DNA of 64,000 nucleotides from Perkinsus olseni (Eukaryota): NCBI GenBank assembly GCA_013115125.1, contig JABANN010000123.1, positions 1 to 64,000 of the forward strand, read 5' to 3'. Shown piece by piece: positions 11,792 to 22,214 of this stretch (position 1 is its first letter; each line of letters starts with the position of its first letter). The notes under the pieces were generated by a model. It saw only the letters and a program-made list of their open reading frames with translations, ran no database searches and was not told where the DNA came from. The position numbers and the translations under genes were made by a program.

Positions 11792-12548
11792 ATGAGGTTC
11801 CGGCAAACGAGTCTTCCGTTTATACTGCTACTCTGCCTTTGCTGGCTCAATCTTCTCACGTGAGTAGACATCTCGCAGCTACGACCGGACTGGTCCCCGT
11901 CAGGTTAGAAGGGTGTGGCTCGAAGGAGGAAGCTGAGGGAGACGAGTCCTCCACCGCGTCCGATGCCGCCCTAGCCAGCGGCGCGGGCGGAGGCTCTCAC
12001 TCCTCGAGTTCATCTTCGAGCTCTTCCAGAACGAGTGTGCGCAAAAAATGGAGCCGCATGGTGAGGGCTGCCGCAGTCATTCTGGCGATATTTTGAGCCT
12101 TAAGAAAACTCGCTGGAAAAGATTCGGCCAGCAACCCCGGTAGCTGACGCTCATTTCGCTTTGACGGTCAGGTTCCTGGCACGCCTGGTGACACTGCACA
12201 GAGTTGTGATGCCAGTGCTGGTGTATACCATCTCATAGTCAAGCGACTCAAGCGGGGCGGACAGAACAACTACGAAGTTTCTATGATGGGCAACAAGTGC
12301 GGGACCGACACGTAGGTCTCACGACGGCTCCAGGGGCATCAGTGCCGCACGCCTCAGTTGTTGTTATTAAAGTTTTCGCTACACTTAGGGTTCCGGAGAC
12401 ACCTCTGAACGGAGAGAATACCGCGAAACTACAAGAAGATAACATCTCGTGCACGAAGGTCTGGGAGGCTCTTGGAGTAACCACAGCCACCTCTACTGAA
12501 GACACTTTATCCGACATGTGCGCCAAGCTCAAGGGCGGCCAATTGTGA
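11792..12548 (+). CDS. xGC/4-Cys family paralog 6 (4 exons)
   Basis: MRFRQTSLPFILLLCLCWLNLLT|LEGCGSKEEAEG, poly-Ser, then |VPGTPGDTAQSCDASAGVYHLIVKRLKRGGQNNYEVSMMGNKCGTDT|VPETPLNGENTAKLQEDNISCTKVWEALGVTTATSTEDTLSDMCAKLKGGQL*. Confidence 0.8.
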
Positions 12549-13365
12549 AAGCGTGGCTTCTCATGTCTTATGTGACTTGTATGCGTTGGAGAGGTTCACA
12601 TGCCTTATGAAATCGATGTTCGCTATACTGTCTAAATAGACGAGCAAGGCTTTTGTTCTAGTTTTGGGGAGCCACTCAGAGGAGAAACTACCGCGGCGTT
12701 CCTGATCTCTGAACGGACAATACGAGACTGTACGATCCGAACTTTTCTAGTCCGAGAATCTCGATGTTTATACGTGGAAGAACTCTCTGTACGCAACATC
12801 GAGAGATCAATGTCATCATCGGAGCACGTGTAGGGTGTTTCGGCCTTCGGTGGGTGGTTCAATGCCACTCGAGTTCAGTCGGACTCCGGAGAGGGTGCAT
12901 CACGCTCACCGTCCTTCGCTGGTCAGATTGAACGCCACCGCAGCCGACACGGATGAGGCTCGTCCGATGAGCCCGAGCGTGCTCTCGCCCTAGGCCCGGA
13001 CAGCAACTAGGATTTAGCATGCTGACCGCGGCGTTGAAAGCTTAGGGGGGAGCATGAGATGAATGGTGTATGAAAACTAGCGAGCGTGATTGCTCCACGC
13101 CACACAATCTGGATGTCGTCTAGCCATTCTGGGCGAGGTCTCGAGGTGACTATGGCGAGACGCCTGCGAGGGCCGGAGAGTGCCCCGCGATCGACCCTGG
13201 CCTTCGATTTCGTCATATCATTTCGTACGTACACTGAGCGTACGAACCTTCAGTGTTAGTGGGAGCCCCACTGTGGGGCACGGGAAAATCTCCAAGGATC
13301 GGCGAGCATTCGGCTGGAAGTGAGCTCTTTCCTGTGGTTAGTGAAGAGAAATTAATAATAGTATC

Positions 13366-14652
13366 ATGGCCGTCGGTACTTTACCTGCACGGAGCGTGAG
13401 TGCGGTGAGCGATGTCTTCAAGGCGAAGAGATCACTCTCGCGAACTGAGTTCACCAAAAGCGTAACTTCCGACGCGAGAGACTTGAACGCCGCTCTGCTG
13501 CAAGCCGTGGAGAGTGGGAAGTTGAAGACCGTGACATCTCTCCTCCACCCGAAAAAGGACTCCGCCCAAGCCGCTAATGCCAACGCAACCAATGAGGTGG
13601 GCCGTGGCAGGATATTAGAAAGAGCGCCCGCATCTCGGTCGATGCAGCTGTCGTGTCTCAGGATGGATGGAGCGCTCTTCACATGGCAGCCGGGCAAGGA
13701 GCAGTGAAGATAGTGAAGTGCCTTCTACAGTACGGAGCGGATCCCAACATAGCCAATATGGTAAGTCCCAGGAGCTCGAGGTTGACCGTGCAACCGTATA
13801 GGGTATTTCTGGCTGCATGACGAAGACTGATCCTGCTTCGCTCTCAGGTAGGGATGCGACCGCTCCACGTGGCTTGCAGGGATGACCAACTAGAGGTTGC
13901 CAAGTGCCTGGTCGATCGAGGCGCTGTCGTCGAGTGCGGCGCCAGCGTCAACTACTGTGGAGGGTCGAAGGTGGGCCTGGGTCAAGCCTGTTCGCATTCT
14001 TCGCTCCAAAGCCATCTTGCTAACAGGGAGGTTGGACTCCTCTCCATTTCGCGGCTTTCAATGGTCATGTGGCTATCGCAAAGTTCCTGCTTGAGAACGG
14101 CGCTGATCCCAATGCTCAAAGCACGGTGAGTGATTCTCCGCAGACCAGCTGAGCTCCTGCTACACCGTCATATCCTTTTCTGCAACGGCCTACTTCAGGA
14201 CGGCGAAACGCCTATGCACCTAGCAGTGTGCCACTGCAACACGAAGAAGGCTACCAAATACCGGCTAGACACCATCCGTCTGTTGCTGGCCTCCGGCGCG
14301 GATCCTTCTCTCAAGTGTACGCGGCCGACGGCATACGATCTTACCAGTCCCGAGAAACGGCTCCCGTAGGCCAATGGGCCCTTCCTCGAATAGAAATGGA
14401 AGGTTTCGCATCTGTTCCAGGGTTGGGACTACGATGTTGCATGCAGCAGGGCGGCGAGGTCAGAAGGACGTTTTCAAATTGGTGAGTGCACGGCCTCCTA
14501 GTCGTCCTAAAGTGTCAGACCAGTGTTGTCAGCTTGGCCCCATTCACGAGATTCATCTTCAGGTTGCCGAAGAGTTGGGCCCTCAACCGAGCGACACAGA
14601 GCCGGCGATCATCGAACGAAAAATCTCACGTAAGCCAGCGGGCCATTTATAG
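13366..14652 (+). CDS. Ankyrin-repeat protein (multi-exon; may extend to about 14.85 kb)
   Basis: Spliced repeats DGWSALHMAAGQGAVKIVKCLLQYGADPN, GMRPLHVACRDDQLEVAKCLVDRGA, GGWTPLHFAAFNGHVAIAKFLLENGADPN and DGETPMHLAV...LLLASGADPS. Confidence 0.9.
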
Positions 14653-15043
14653 GTCATGACGAGAGCTTCATCATTGACAAGCCCGAGCGGCCTCCGAGCA
14701 GACTCCACTACTGCGCCAGCGTCTCCTAACTTCTTCCGATGTCTCAGTTTCGGTGTTTCTCAGGTGTCGGCCACCTCTTCTCCATAAGCGACGGGGAAGG
14801 GAACAAGCCAACCTACTTTTTCTAATTTGCAGCTCGTTTCTCCGTAGATAACGATTTGTACAAATCAATGCCGTATAGAATTTTCAACTCCCGCTTGTCG
14901 TCGTATTTTTGAATCTCGTTGAAAGAGTCTTGTTCTATGGTCCTTCAGGAGCGGTAAGGTCCGTTCTCATCTGCTGTTTTTTCATCATCACACTCTCATG
15001 TTGCGTGTCAAATGTCAAGCCGTAGAATTGTGATGAGGAAACG

Positions 15044-15085
15044 TGTCGGGTGTTGGGATCGAACCAGGGACCTTTCGGATTGGAA
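15044..15085 (-). pseudogene. tRNA-like 3' half (B-box/T-arm and acceptor strand) without a matching 5' half
   Basis: Minus strand reads TTCCAATCCGAAAGGTCCCTGGTTCGATCCCAACACCCGACA, resembling the tRNA 3' consensus AGGTCCCTGGTTCGATCCC. The T-stem is imperfect and no D-arm is seen. Confidence 0.5.
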
Positions 15086-15092
15086 ATTCGTG

Positions 15093-15271
15093 TGAGAACG
15101 TCGTGTTATTTAGGACGGCGAGCCCTCGACTAAACTGAGCGGGTGTGTACTCTGCGCTTTCAAAGCAACAACGACGCATTTCCGATGCTAGCCCCGAACA
15201 GTCACCGGCAGTCTTTCATCGAAACGCCGTGTTGAACGGCGTACTACCCCGCTCAGCCGGCTAACTTCTCA
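15093..15271. ncRNA. Candidate structured non-coding RNA (multibranched)
   Basis: Nested complementary pairs seen by eye: 15093-98/15266-71, 15135-50/15241-56, 15179-87/15217-24 and 15224-30/15236-42. Located in intergenic DNA. Confidence 0.35.
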
Positions 15272-15484
15272 TATTGTCGTTTACACCCCGCAAATCCCCA
15301 GCTGGACCCGAGTCTGTGATAAGAAAACTCCTCTTCGAGTGGTCTTGCTTGCTATTTTATCGTCTTGCGTTGTGAGTTCAGCATACAGTCTTCATACGGT
15401 CGGTCCGCTGCTAGGAGAGGCTGCGGGACTTTGAGGCAAGCATCGGGCTCAGAACAGGGCTTTTGACTAAGCCGTTTGAATCCC

Positions 15485-18400
15485 ATGTCGTCTTCGTCTG
15501 CGGGAGCCCTGGCCGACATGATGGGAGGCGGCCCCTCCCGTAGCCAGGAGAGGCTGGTGGCACTCCTCTCACAGGCTCACAGAGCGGACAACGTGGAGGT
15601 CCGGATAGAGCTGCTGCAGCAAGCAGCGGAGCTTTTATTGTAGTCATTGAGCCGTGTGATGTAGTAACAAAGTGGCCATGAGCAGGTATCACAGCTCGCC
15701 TAACGATCAACGGATAGACGAGTTCTTGGATACGTTCCTGGCCTTTCATTTGGATCGCTTGGCGCCTATCAGACGCTTCTGTGCACATTTTATACACAAC
15801 CTATGCTACACTAGATCCCGGTAGGCGCATCCACCGTTCGTCGGTGGTGGTAGGCTGCTGTAGGTACTCACTGAGATGCCTCTCTACCCTCTGCACGTTG
15901 CTCTCCGATAACGATACTGTAGTGGTGCGTCTGGCATTGGAAGCTGCGCGGACTATATACCCCAGGGCGATTTATTGGACCAGCGTTGTGCAGAAACAGG
16001 CAAGCGAGACCTCGTCCGAAAGCGCAGGCGGGTGGATTTGTTCTTCTTACAGGCACAGCAGCAGCTGACGTTGCTGATGATGTCGGCTGATGCCGATGGG
16101 CAATCGGCAGCCATGCGGCACCAGCAACAGCAGAGCGCGGCGATGGCTAGAGAGAGCTCCCAGTTATTGAGGGCGGTACTGGCTGGGATAGCACAACACT
16201 CTACAAGGGGTAGTAAAATGGGGTGGGACATGGAAGCGTGTAAGCGGATTACGCGGTGCCAAAGGAGGGCGTAGCAACGAACCATCCGGGGAGGTTTTAA
16301 CAGCAATTGTGACAGTGTAGGCGCTGCAGTCGTTCGAGATGAGTAGATTAGCATTTAGGGTGGCATGTGGTGCTGTAGTCTGCTTGAATCATGAGGTGAC
16401 TTCATGCGGCTACTGTCACACAGTAGTCGCATGAAGTCACTATGAAGTCACTATGAAGTCACATGAAGTCACATGAAGTCACATGAAGTCCTATGTCGAA
16501 CTCCGATTTTACGCTGCTAGAGGATAATGCTGAGCGGATATGAAGCTGCGTTGACATATGTTCCCGTCGGATCCCGCCGTTCAGCGGTTGAAAGCAGTCA
16601 GCGACTACCGTCATCGTCAGGTCGGCACGGCATCTTCATCGCAGCTGTGGAAGCGCTGACGATTGTAGCTCTTTGCCAAAGTTCTCTGGAGGGAAGTGGG
16701 ACTGACACCAGCGGCCGAGCTCTAGGGATGAAGTCCCAGGCCTACTTGGAAGAATACGGCGCCAGCTGCTTGGACGACCTCAAGTAACCTCGAGAGACTG
16801 GCTTGGGGCGGCTGAGAGATTTTGGCGTGGCTAGGTTGTCGTCGCCGTTGCAAGGGGACACCGGTGACGGTTCCTTCCAAGGAGGGCTTGATGAGGCCCA
16901 ATTGCAGCGGGAGTCGGAGCAGATCGTGTTGGCTCTGTGTAAGATGATGCTCACTGTCTCCCATGGCGAGGAGTGGGACGAGGCATCTGGTGGGAGTCCA
17001 GAGGAGGACAAGCGGACAGAGGTAGTGGGGGTCACTGGAGCGGGGTCGCTTGTCGTCGAATCATCCAATGAGTATAACGCCAGCTCCGACTATGTGGCCT
17101 CGCCCATGAGCGGTAGTAGTCGTCTTATTGACCAGAGTGGAGCTTGCCTAGCATCCCTCTCGACTTTGTTATGTTGTTGTACTCCTGTCAGGCTGAGATG
17201 GTGGCTGTTGTGAGAGCCCTCGGAGTTCTCGGAGCCGAGAGAGCTTCTGCGAATGCTCAGGTAATGGGAGCTGTCCAGAGAGTTCGTACGTTGAAAAGCA
17301 CCTTTGGAGCGTTAGCTGCCCTGAGGTGTATCGTCGATACACTATCGGGAGCCATGGCAGGTGGCCACGAAAGCGTTATCAAAGAGCCTCTTTAGTCGTT
17401 AAGATTGTTGCTGCTCCGTTAAACTAAATAACCTCCGCGTGAGTTTGCAGTGAAGCTCCTTTTAGGGTGTTATGCTCACCTTCGCCAGTGGCTTCGAGGA
17501 TCTCATGGAGGTTGCTAGCAGGACTGGGAGACTGCGCTCGGCTCTGATACAGGTAAACTCACCAGACTGAGTCATGCGTTCACGTCCGGGCTCAGGCCGT
17601 TCGGAGGATGCTGGCATCACCCCAATGCACACAATGGCAGCCTCGACTGGCCGCTATCTTACAACAGCTGCTGCAGGCTGCGGGTAATCCTCGGGCGTCC
17701 AGCGGGCTTCTTTCGTTGCGTCGGTGTCGTGGCATCACATTGTTTACGATATTAGCGAGGATGAGATCACTCTGCTCATGTTCGTTAAGCTCAGTAGCGT
17801 AGTCGCCTGAGCCAGAGGCGGGAAGCCTTGAGCTGCGTACGCCTAACAATGCTTCGACGCTGTTGGGATGCTTGAGGGGGCGGAGGAAGTCGAGTAGCCG
17901 TCCGTGACTATCGTGTTCAACTCTCCCCCCTTACCATTCACAGTTTTCAGCTCGGAGCACCTTTCGTAATTGTGGGTATACTTTCAGGTCAAATCGAGCA
18001 GGAAACCCTAGATCAGATGGTCTTTGAAGCCGAACAGGCCCGACTTCGTGAGGTCTTCGCTGGCGAGGTAATCCTGTCGGCCAGGCCCTGGACAGTCACT
18101 GCTCCATGGCGACAGAAAATCGTGGCTCGAGATTAACGAATGGTCACGCGCGTGGTGTGTGTAGGACCCCACGAGACCGGAGCCTCATGCGAAGAGACGC
18201 AAAATGGAAAGCGAGAAGGCCCTTCCAGGTGGGCAGTCGTACAAGTTTGGACTCAGCGGCGCGGTAGAGCTGTGGATAGGTATCGATATGGTCGACGAGG
18301 AGCATGTGGTTGCTGTTTGTGCGGTGCGGGCTACGGGGTCGAATGACTCGCTCACGAGAATGGTCCAGAAGCTACTGGGCAGGCTTCCAAGGAAGCTGAT

Positions 18401-21400
18401 CAATGTGAGTCCTCGGTCGATTGATGGCCATCGGGGTGCATCGGAGCTGAGCCTTCCAGCTCGGAGTTGCGTCGTTGTGGTGTCAGGCGGAAGCCACAGT
18501 ACAGCGGGTTGTACGTGTCACAGACGCCGACGGGTTCAGCAACACCGCGACTGTCCAGCGGAAGCTCGATCGGGCCAAAGCACTCTTCAGTCGCTCGGCA
18601 CAGGACTTCCTCCAGGACAGACCGCAGGATGATGGTGAGATGTCTCGATGTTTGCAAAAGCGGACGCTCTCTTCAGACGAGGTCACAGAGGAGGAGCCCC
18701 GTGAGGTAGTGGAGCCAGTAGAGCAGAGGGATCTCGGACCGGTCAGCCCAGCTGCGGCCAAGGAATCGAGGGACGAACTTGCGAGGGTAGCCTTAGCGCT
18801 ACGTGGAACAACCGCGTCATCGGAACCCTTCAGGCGATCTTCTCGAGCGTACTCAAGGCCTTGAGCCGTTATGAAAGCTCCGCTTTGAGCTCGCCTTGCT
18901 TCGATAAGACTGCTACTCGGTGGTTCAAGGATACTTACTCGGGACTCGTCGCACATCTGTGCAATACTCTGGGAAAGGAGGCCGAGTTTACCCGGACGGC
19001 GATGCAGTATTTTTTAGGTGAGGACCATTGTTCTGCGGACGACCTTCTTACTCTACTGCTCAGATCGGACTCGACCGCCGAGTGAGGCGGAGCAGCAACA
19101 TGTTCTTCTCGTAATGGGGTCGGTGATCGCTCTGGGATCGCTCTGATCCTTTCTGTCCATGCAGGTTGACTGTGGTGTGGTGGACTTAATGGCCAGTCGT
19201 CACGCCTTGGCGGCTGCTTCCAAGGGTAGCTCATCCCGAGCGTGGTTGTCCATGCGTCTCCTCGAAGCCACTGCTGTTTCGCTGCAACGACTTGGTTTCC
19301 TGCAGGAGACTCCTCGCTGACCTACGAAGCCGCGGCTGAGATCTTGCTGACGGAAATCAAAAGGCGGGACTATCTCACAATGTACTTACAAGTCCCCGCA
19401 GCTGCTTGGCTCTTCACCGTTGCCTTCTAGTCATGACGTCCGTATCCTCCTTTTGGCCCTCCCTGCCGTGCCGGCGTGCTTCGTCGAGTTTCTCTGGCAC
19501 GCCGCCTCTAGCACTACAGAACCGGTGAAGCAACGAAGACAGGTGAGGTGATCTGAGGCGAGTCTAAACCCTCGACGAGTCGAGTCAGGCGTTGCTGGCT
19601 CTACGAGCGGTGATGGTGGAGAGAGTTGGCGCGGAGAGGTCGGTGCCTGGGGCGCCCACAACGAGACAGAGGTATTGCAAGTGCTGGAGTTGACGGGTTA
19701 TGGTCATTTATCTCTATTCAGTGCCTTCTTGGGCCTAGCTCGCACCAGTGCGTTGGGACCTAGCGAGGATATCAGAGCGGACGCGACCAAGCTGATTCTG
19801 GCGCCCGATAAGTTCTATAATCCTGCATCCTTGCCGGCTATTGATAAGTCCACCTGTGAGGGCACTTGGCGATGGCCTTAGTAAGTCAACCCGAGCTGGC
19901 CCCTCTCCCGACTGCGTCACTGCGGTCGTCGATGGTTCGTCTGGAAATGATTCCATGATCGGTGACAGAGGCGGTCGGTGTTTCAGCCCGGGGGAAGCGG
20001 AAGATGAGCATATGTCGGACCCCTCTAAGGCCGAGGACTGGGTGGACGCTGATTGGCTGATGACTAGGTGAGGGTGTCCTAATGTTTGCCGTTGCGACCT
20101 GTCGGGAGTCGTGATATGCTTTCCTCAGTGGCCTCGAGGAGTACGCCTTCGGCTGTATGCTTGCTGCCTCGGCTCGCCAGCTTGACGAGTTCGCCCCTTT
20201 CATTGCGAAGGCTGTTCGAGGGGACTCGACAGGAGAAGACGAGCCTGCCACGACTAGAACGTCGCTGTAATCTCTCGAGACCTGCATCATTTTCTCAGCT
20301 TCGCTCCGCCTTTTCTCTGTGGGCTTTGACGTATTTGCTGCATCCTGAATTTATAGGTTCCTGCAAATGCTCGCTAAGAGGCCCTCTTTACTACATTCAG
20401 TAGTGGCGTGCGAAGACCTCCACCCTGTAGGTCTGGCACTCCACTAGATCTCCTAGAACTGGATTGTCTGGTTAGAGCCTAGCGCCCTACCTCACAGCGC
20501 AAGTCCCGGTTGCTGTGGTGGAGGCTATGAAGGGAGAGCAGACCAAGAGCGACTCTAGCAAAGCTGACGTATCCGCAGCACAGCTGGTTGACCCGGCCGT
20601 CTTGGCCTCGGTGAAGGAAGTCGTGGAACGAGGCTGCGAGCGTGAGTTGGGCTTGGAGAGGGGGGAGTCGTGGTAAATAGGTTGGAGTGAAATCTCTTGG
20701 TAGTAATCGTAGACGATGGTCCGCGAGGTATGGTGGTGTAGTGCTCCCGTAAAGACATTACTCAACTTTCTTTCGGAGTTCCGAGATGTGCTCTGCCACT
20801 TCAGCTCCGCAAGCGATTGAGATGCTGGCTGGGATTTTCTATGAGATGATGAAGGCCCCAGAGCTCATCGTACGAAGGCGGCTCAGCAGTCAGGATTACG
20901 TCAACGCGGTGACTGGCAAGATGGGCGAGGAAGAGGCGACTGCTGCTGTGGACAGCCGGCTACTCTTGGCAGTAAGCTTAAACCCGAGTGTTCCTGGCCA
21001 AGCCAGCTATCTCGTTCCCCTGGAATTTCAGTGGTCGTTTGCCAGGTCCTACCTGGATGCCCTCATGACGCTGTGTTGAGCAGCTACCTCTTTACCGTCG
21101 TAAACGAGGAGAAAATGTAGCTCGGTGAGGTTGTAGGTATTATTAGAAGGGTTACCGCTGTCAGGTATACTAAGGATAACCTGGCCTTCACTACACTGGG
21201 CATGGGTCGGCTACTTGAAAAGAGCACCGGTGCACGAGTCACCGCCATAGAGGTCAGAGGGTGTCAGTCCGCAGTGATTTCGATTCACTGTCCTGTGGTC
21301 CTCAGGTCATCGGTGCACTGCTAGAGATGAAAGAAGTTCCCACAGCACGGCTGATGAAAATGATGAATCTCGTCTTCGACTTGCGAGGAAGAAGGTGCGT

Positions 21401-22108
21401 CCGACGAAGCCTCACCGGGGCCTTACTTCTCGGGTTCTCAGCTATGAAGTTCAACACCTCGGCTTGGTGCTGCAGTCTATTGCAGAGCGACTGGAGCTCA
21501 ACCAGGAGCCGCCGCCGCTGTTCATGCGTGTCACGTTGCAGCTCGCTCAAAACGAGGCGGTCATGGCCAAGTTCATCACCACTGAAGTGGTCTCGAAATT
21601 GCTGCGGAACTCTTCTATATGGGATATCAACAGCAACTGGAAGGGGTGGGTCTTGTTCTCCCCAGCTCCATCCTGGGAGTAGCTCAATGTCAGGTTCCGG
21701 ATGACGGTGCTGAGCCTGCTGAAAGCCTTTGGGGAGGACGAGCAGTGTCGATTTCTCCTTTGTCAAGAGCTATGCAGTTCCGTCAGCGAAGGCTGTCTTC
21801 CGGGCGAGAAGCTGAGGGTGAGTTCTTTCGCGCTCTAGGAGTGATGATCGTCAAACCAGAGGCTGGCAAAGAATGAACAAAGCCGTAGCTGGTTCCACGA
21901 GGGGATGTTCACCATTTCCCCGCGGATTTCGATATCAGCAATGTTGAGGCTCGAGATTTTCGTCCGTTTGTACTCCCTCATCGATGTCCTCTTTCAGGAG
22001 CTATCGGAGTTCAAGGGCGAGGTGAAGACGGCCCTGCGAGAGTTCCTCCAGCACCCGGACAACAGCGAGTCTTACACAGAGGCGAAAGAGGAGCTACGAT
22101 TGATATAA
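15485..22108 (+). CDS. SYMPK: Symplekin/Pta1 (CPSF scaffold), many exons
   Basis: N-terminal ERLVALLSQAH...IELLQQAAELLL, FLDTFLAFHLDRLAPIRRFCAHFI and LLSDNDTVVVRLAL match the symplekin N-domain. C-terminal PPPLFMRVTLQLAQ...VVSKLLRNSSIWDINSNWKGW matches the symplekin C-domain. Confidence 0.85.
16396..16495. repeat. 21-bp-arm hairpin followed by tandem ATGAAGTCAC(T) units, in a symplekin intron
   Basis: gtgacttcatgcggctactgt-cac-acagtagtcgcatgaagtcac (1 mismatch), then about 5 more ATGAAGTC units. Confidence 0.9.
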
Positions 22109-22214
22109 ATCGCGTTAACGTCTGAAAATAAGGTTTCCAATTTCTCATGATGGTTTGAGCGGCAGTGGAGTCACGTCCGGAGGTCATTGTTGCTGGCAGT
22201 TTTGGTGGGGATAG

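Noticed and set aside
15044-15085. Functional tRNA-Trp(CCA) or intron-containing tRNA
   Set aside because: The T-stem is mismatched and no adjacent anticodon 5' strand or D-arm was found. Kept only as a tRNA-like fragment.
16431-16495. Short direct repeats as a CRISPR array
   Set aside because: No spacers, 10-11 nt units, eukaryotic intron context and no cas genes.
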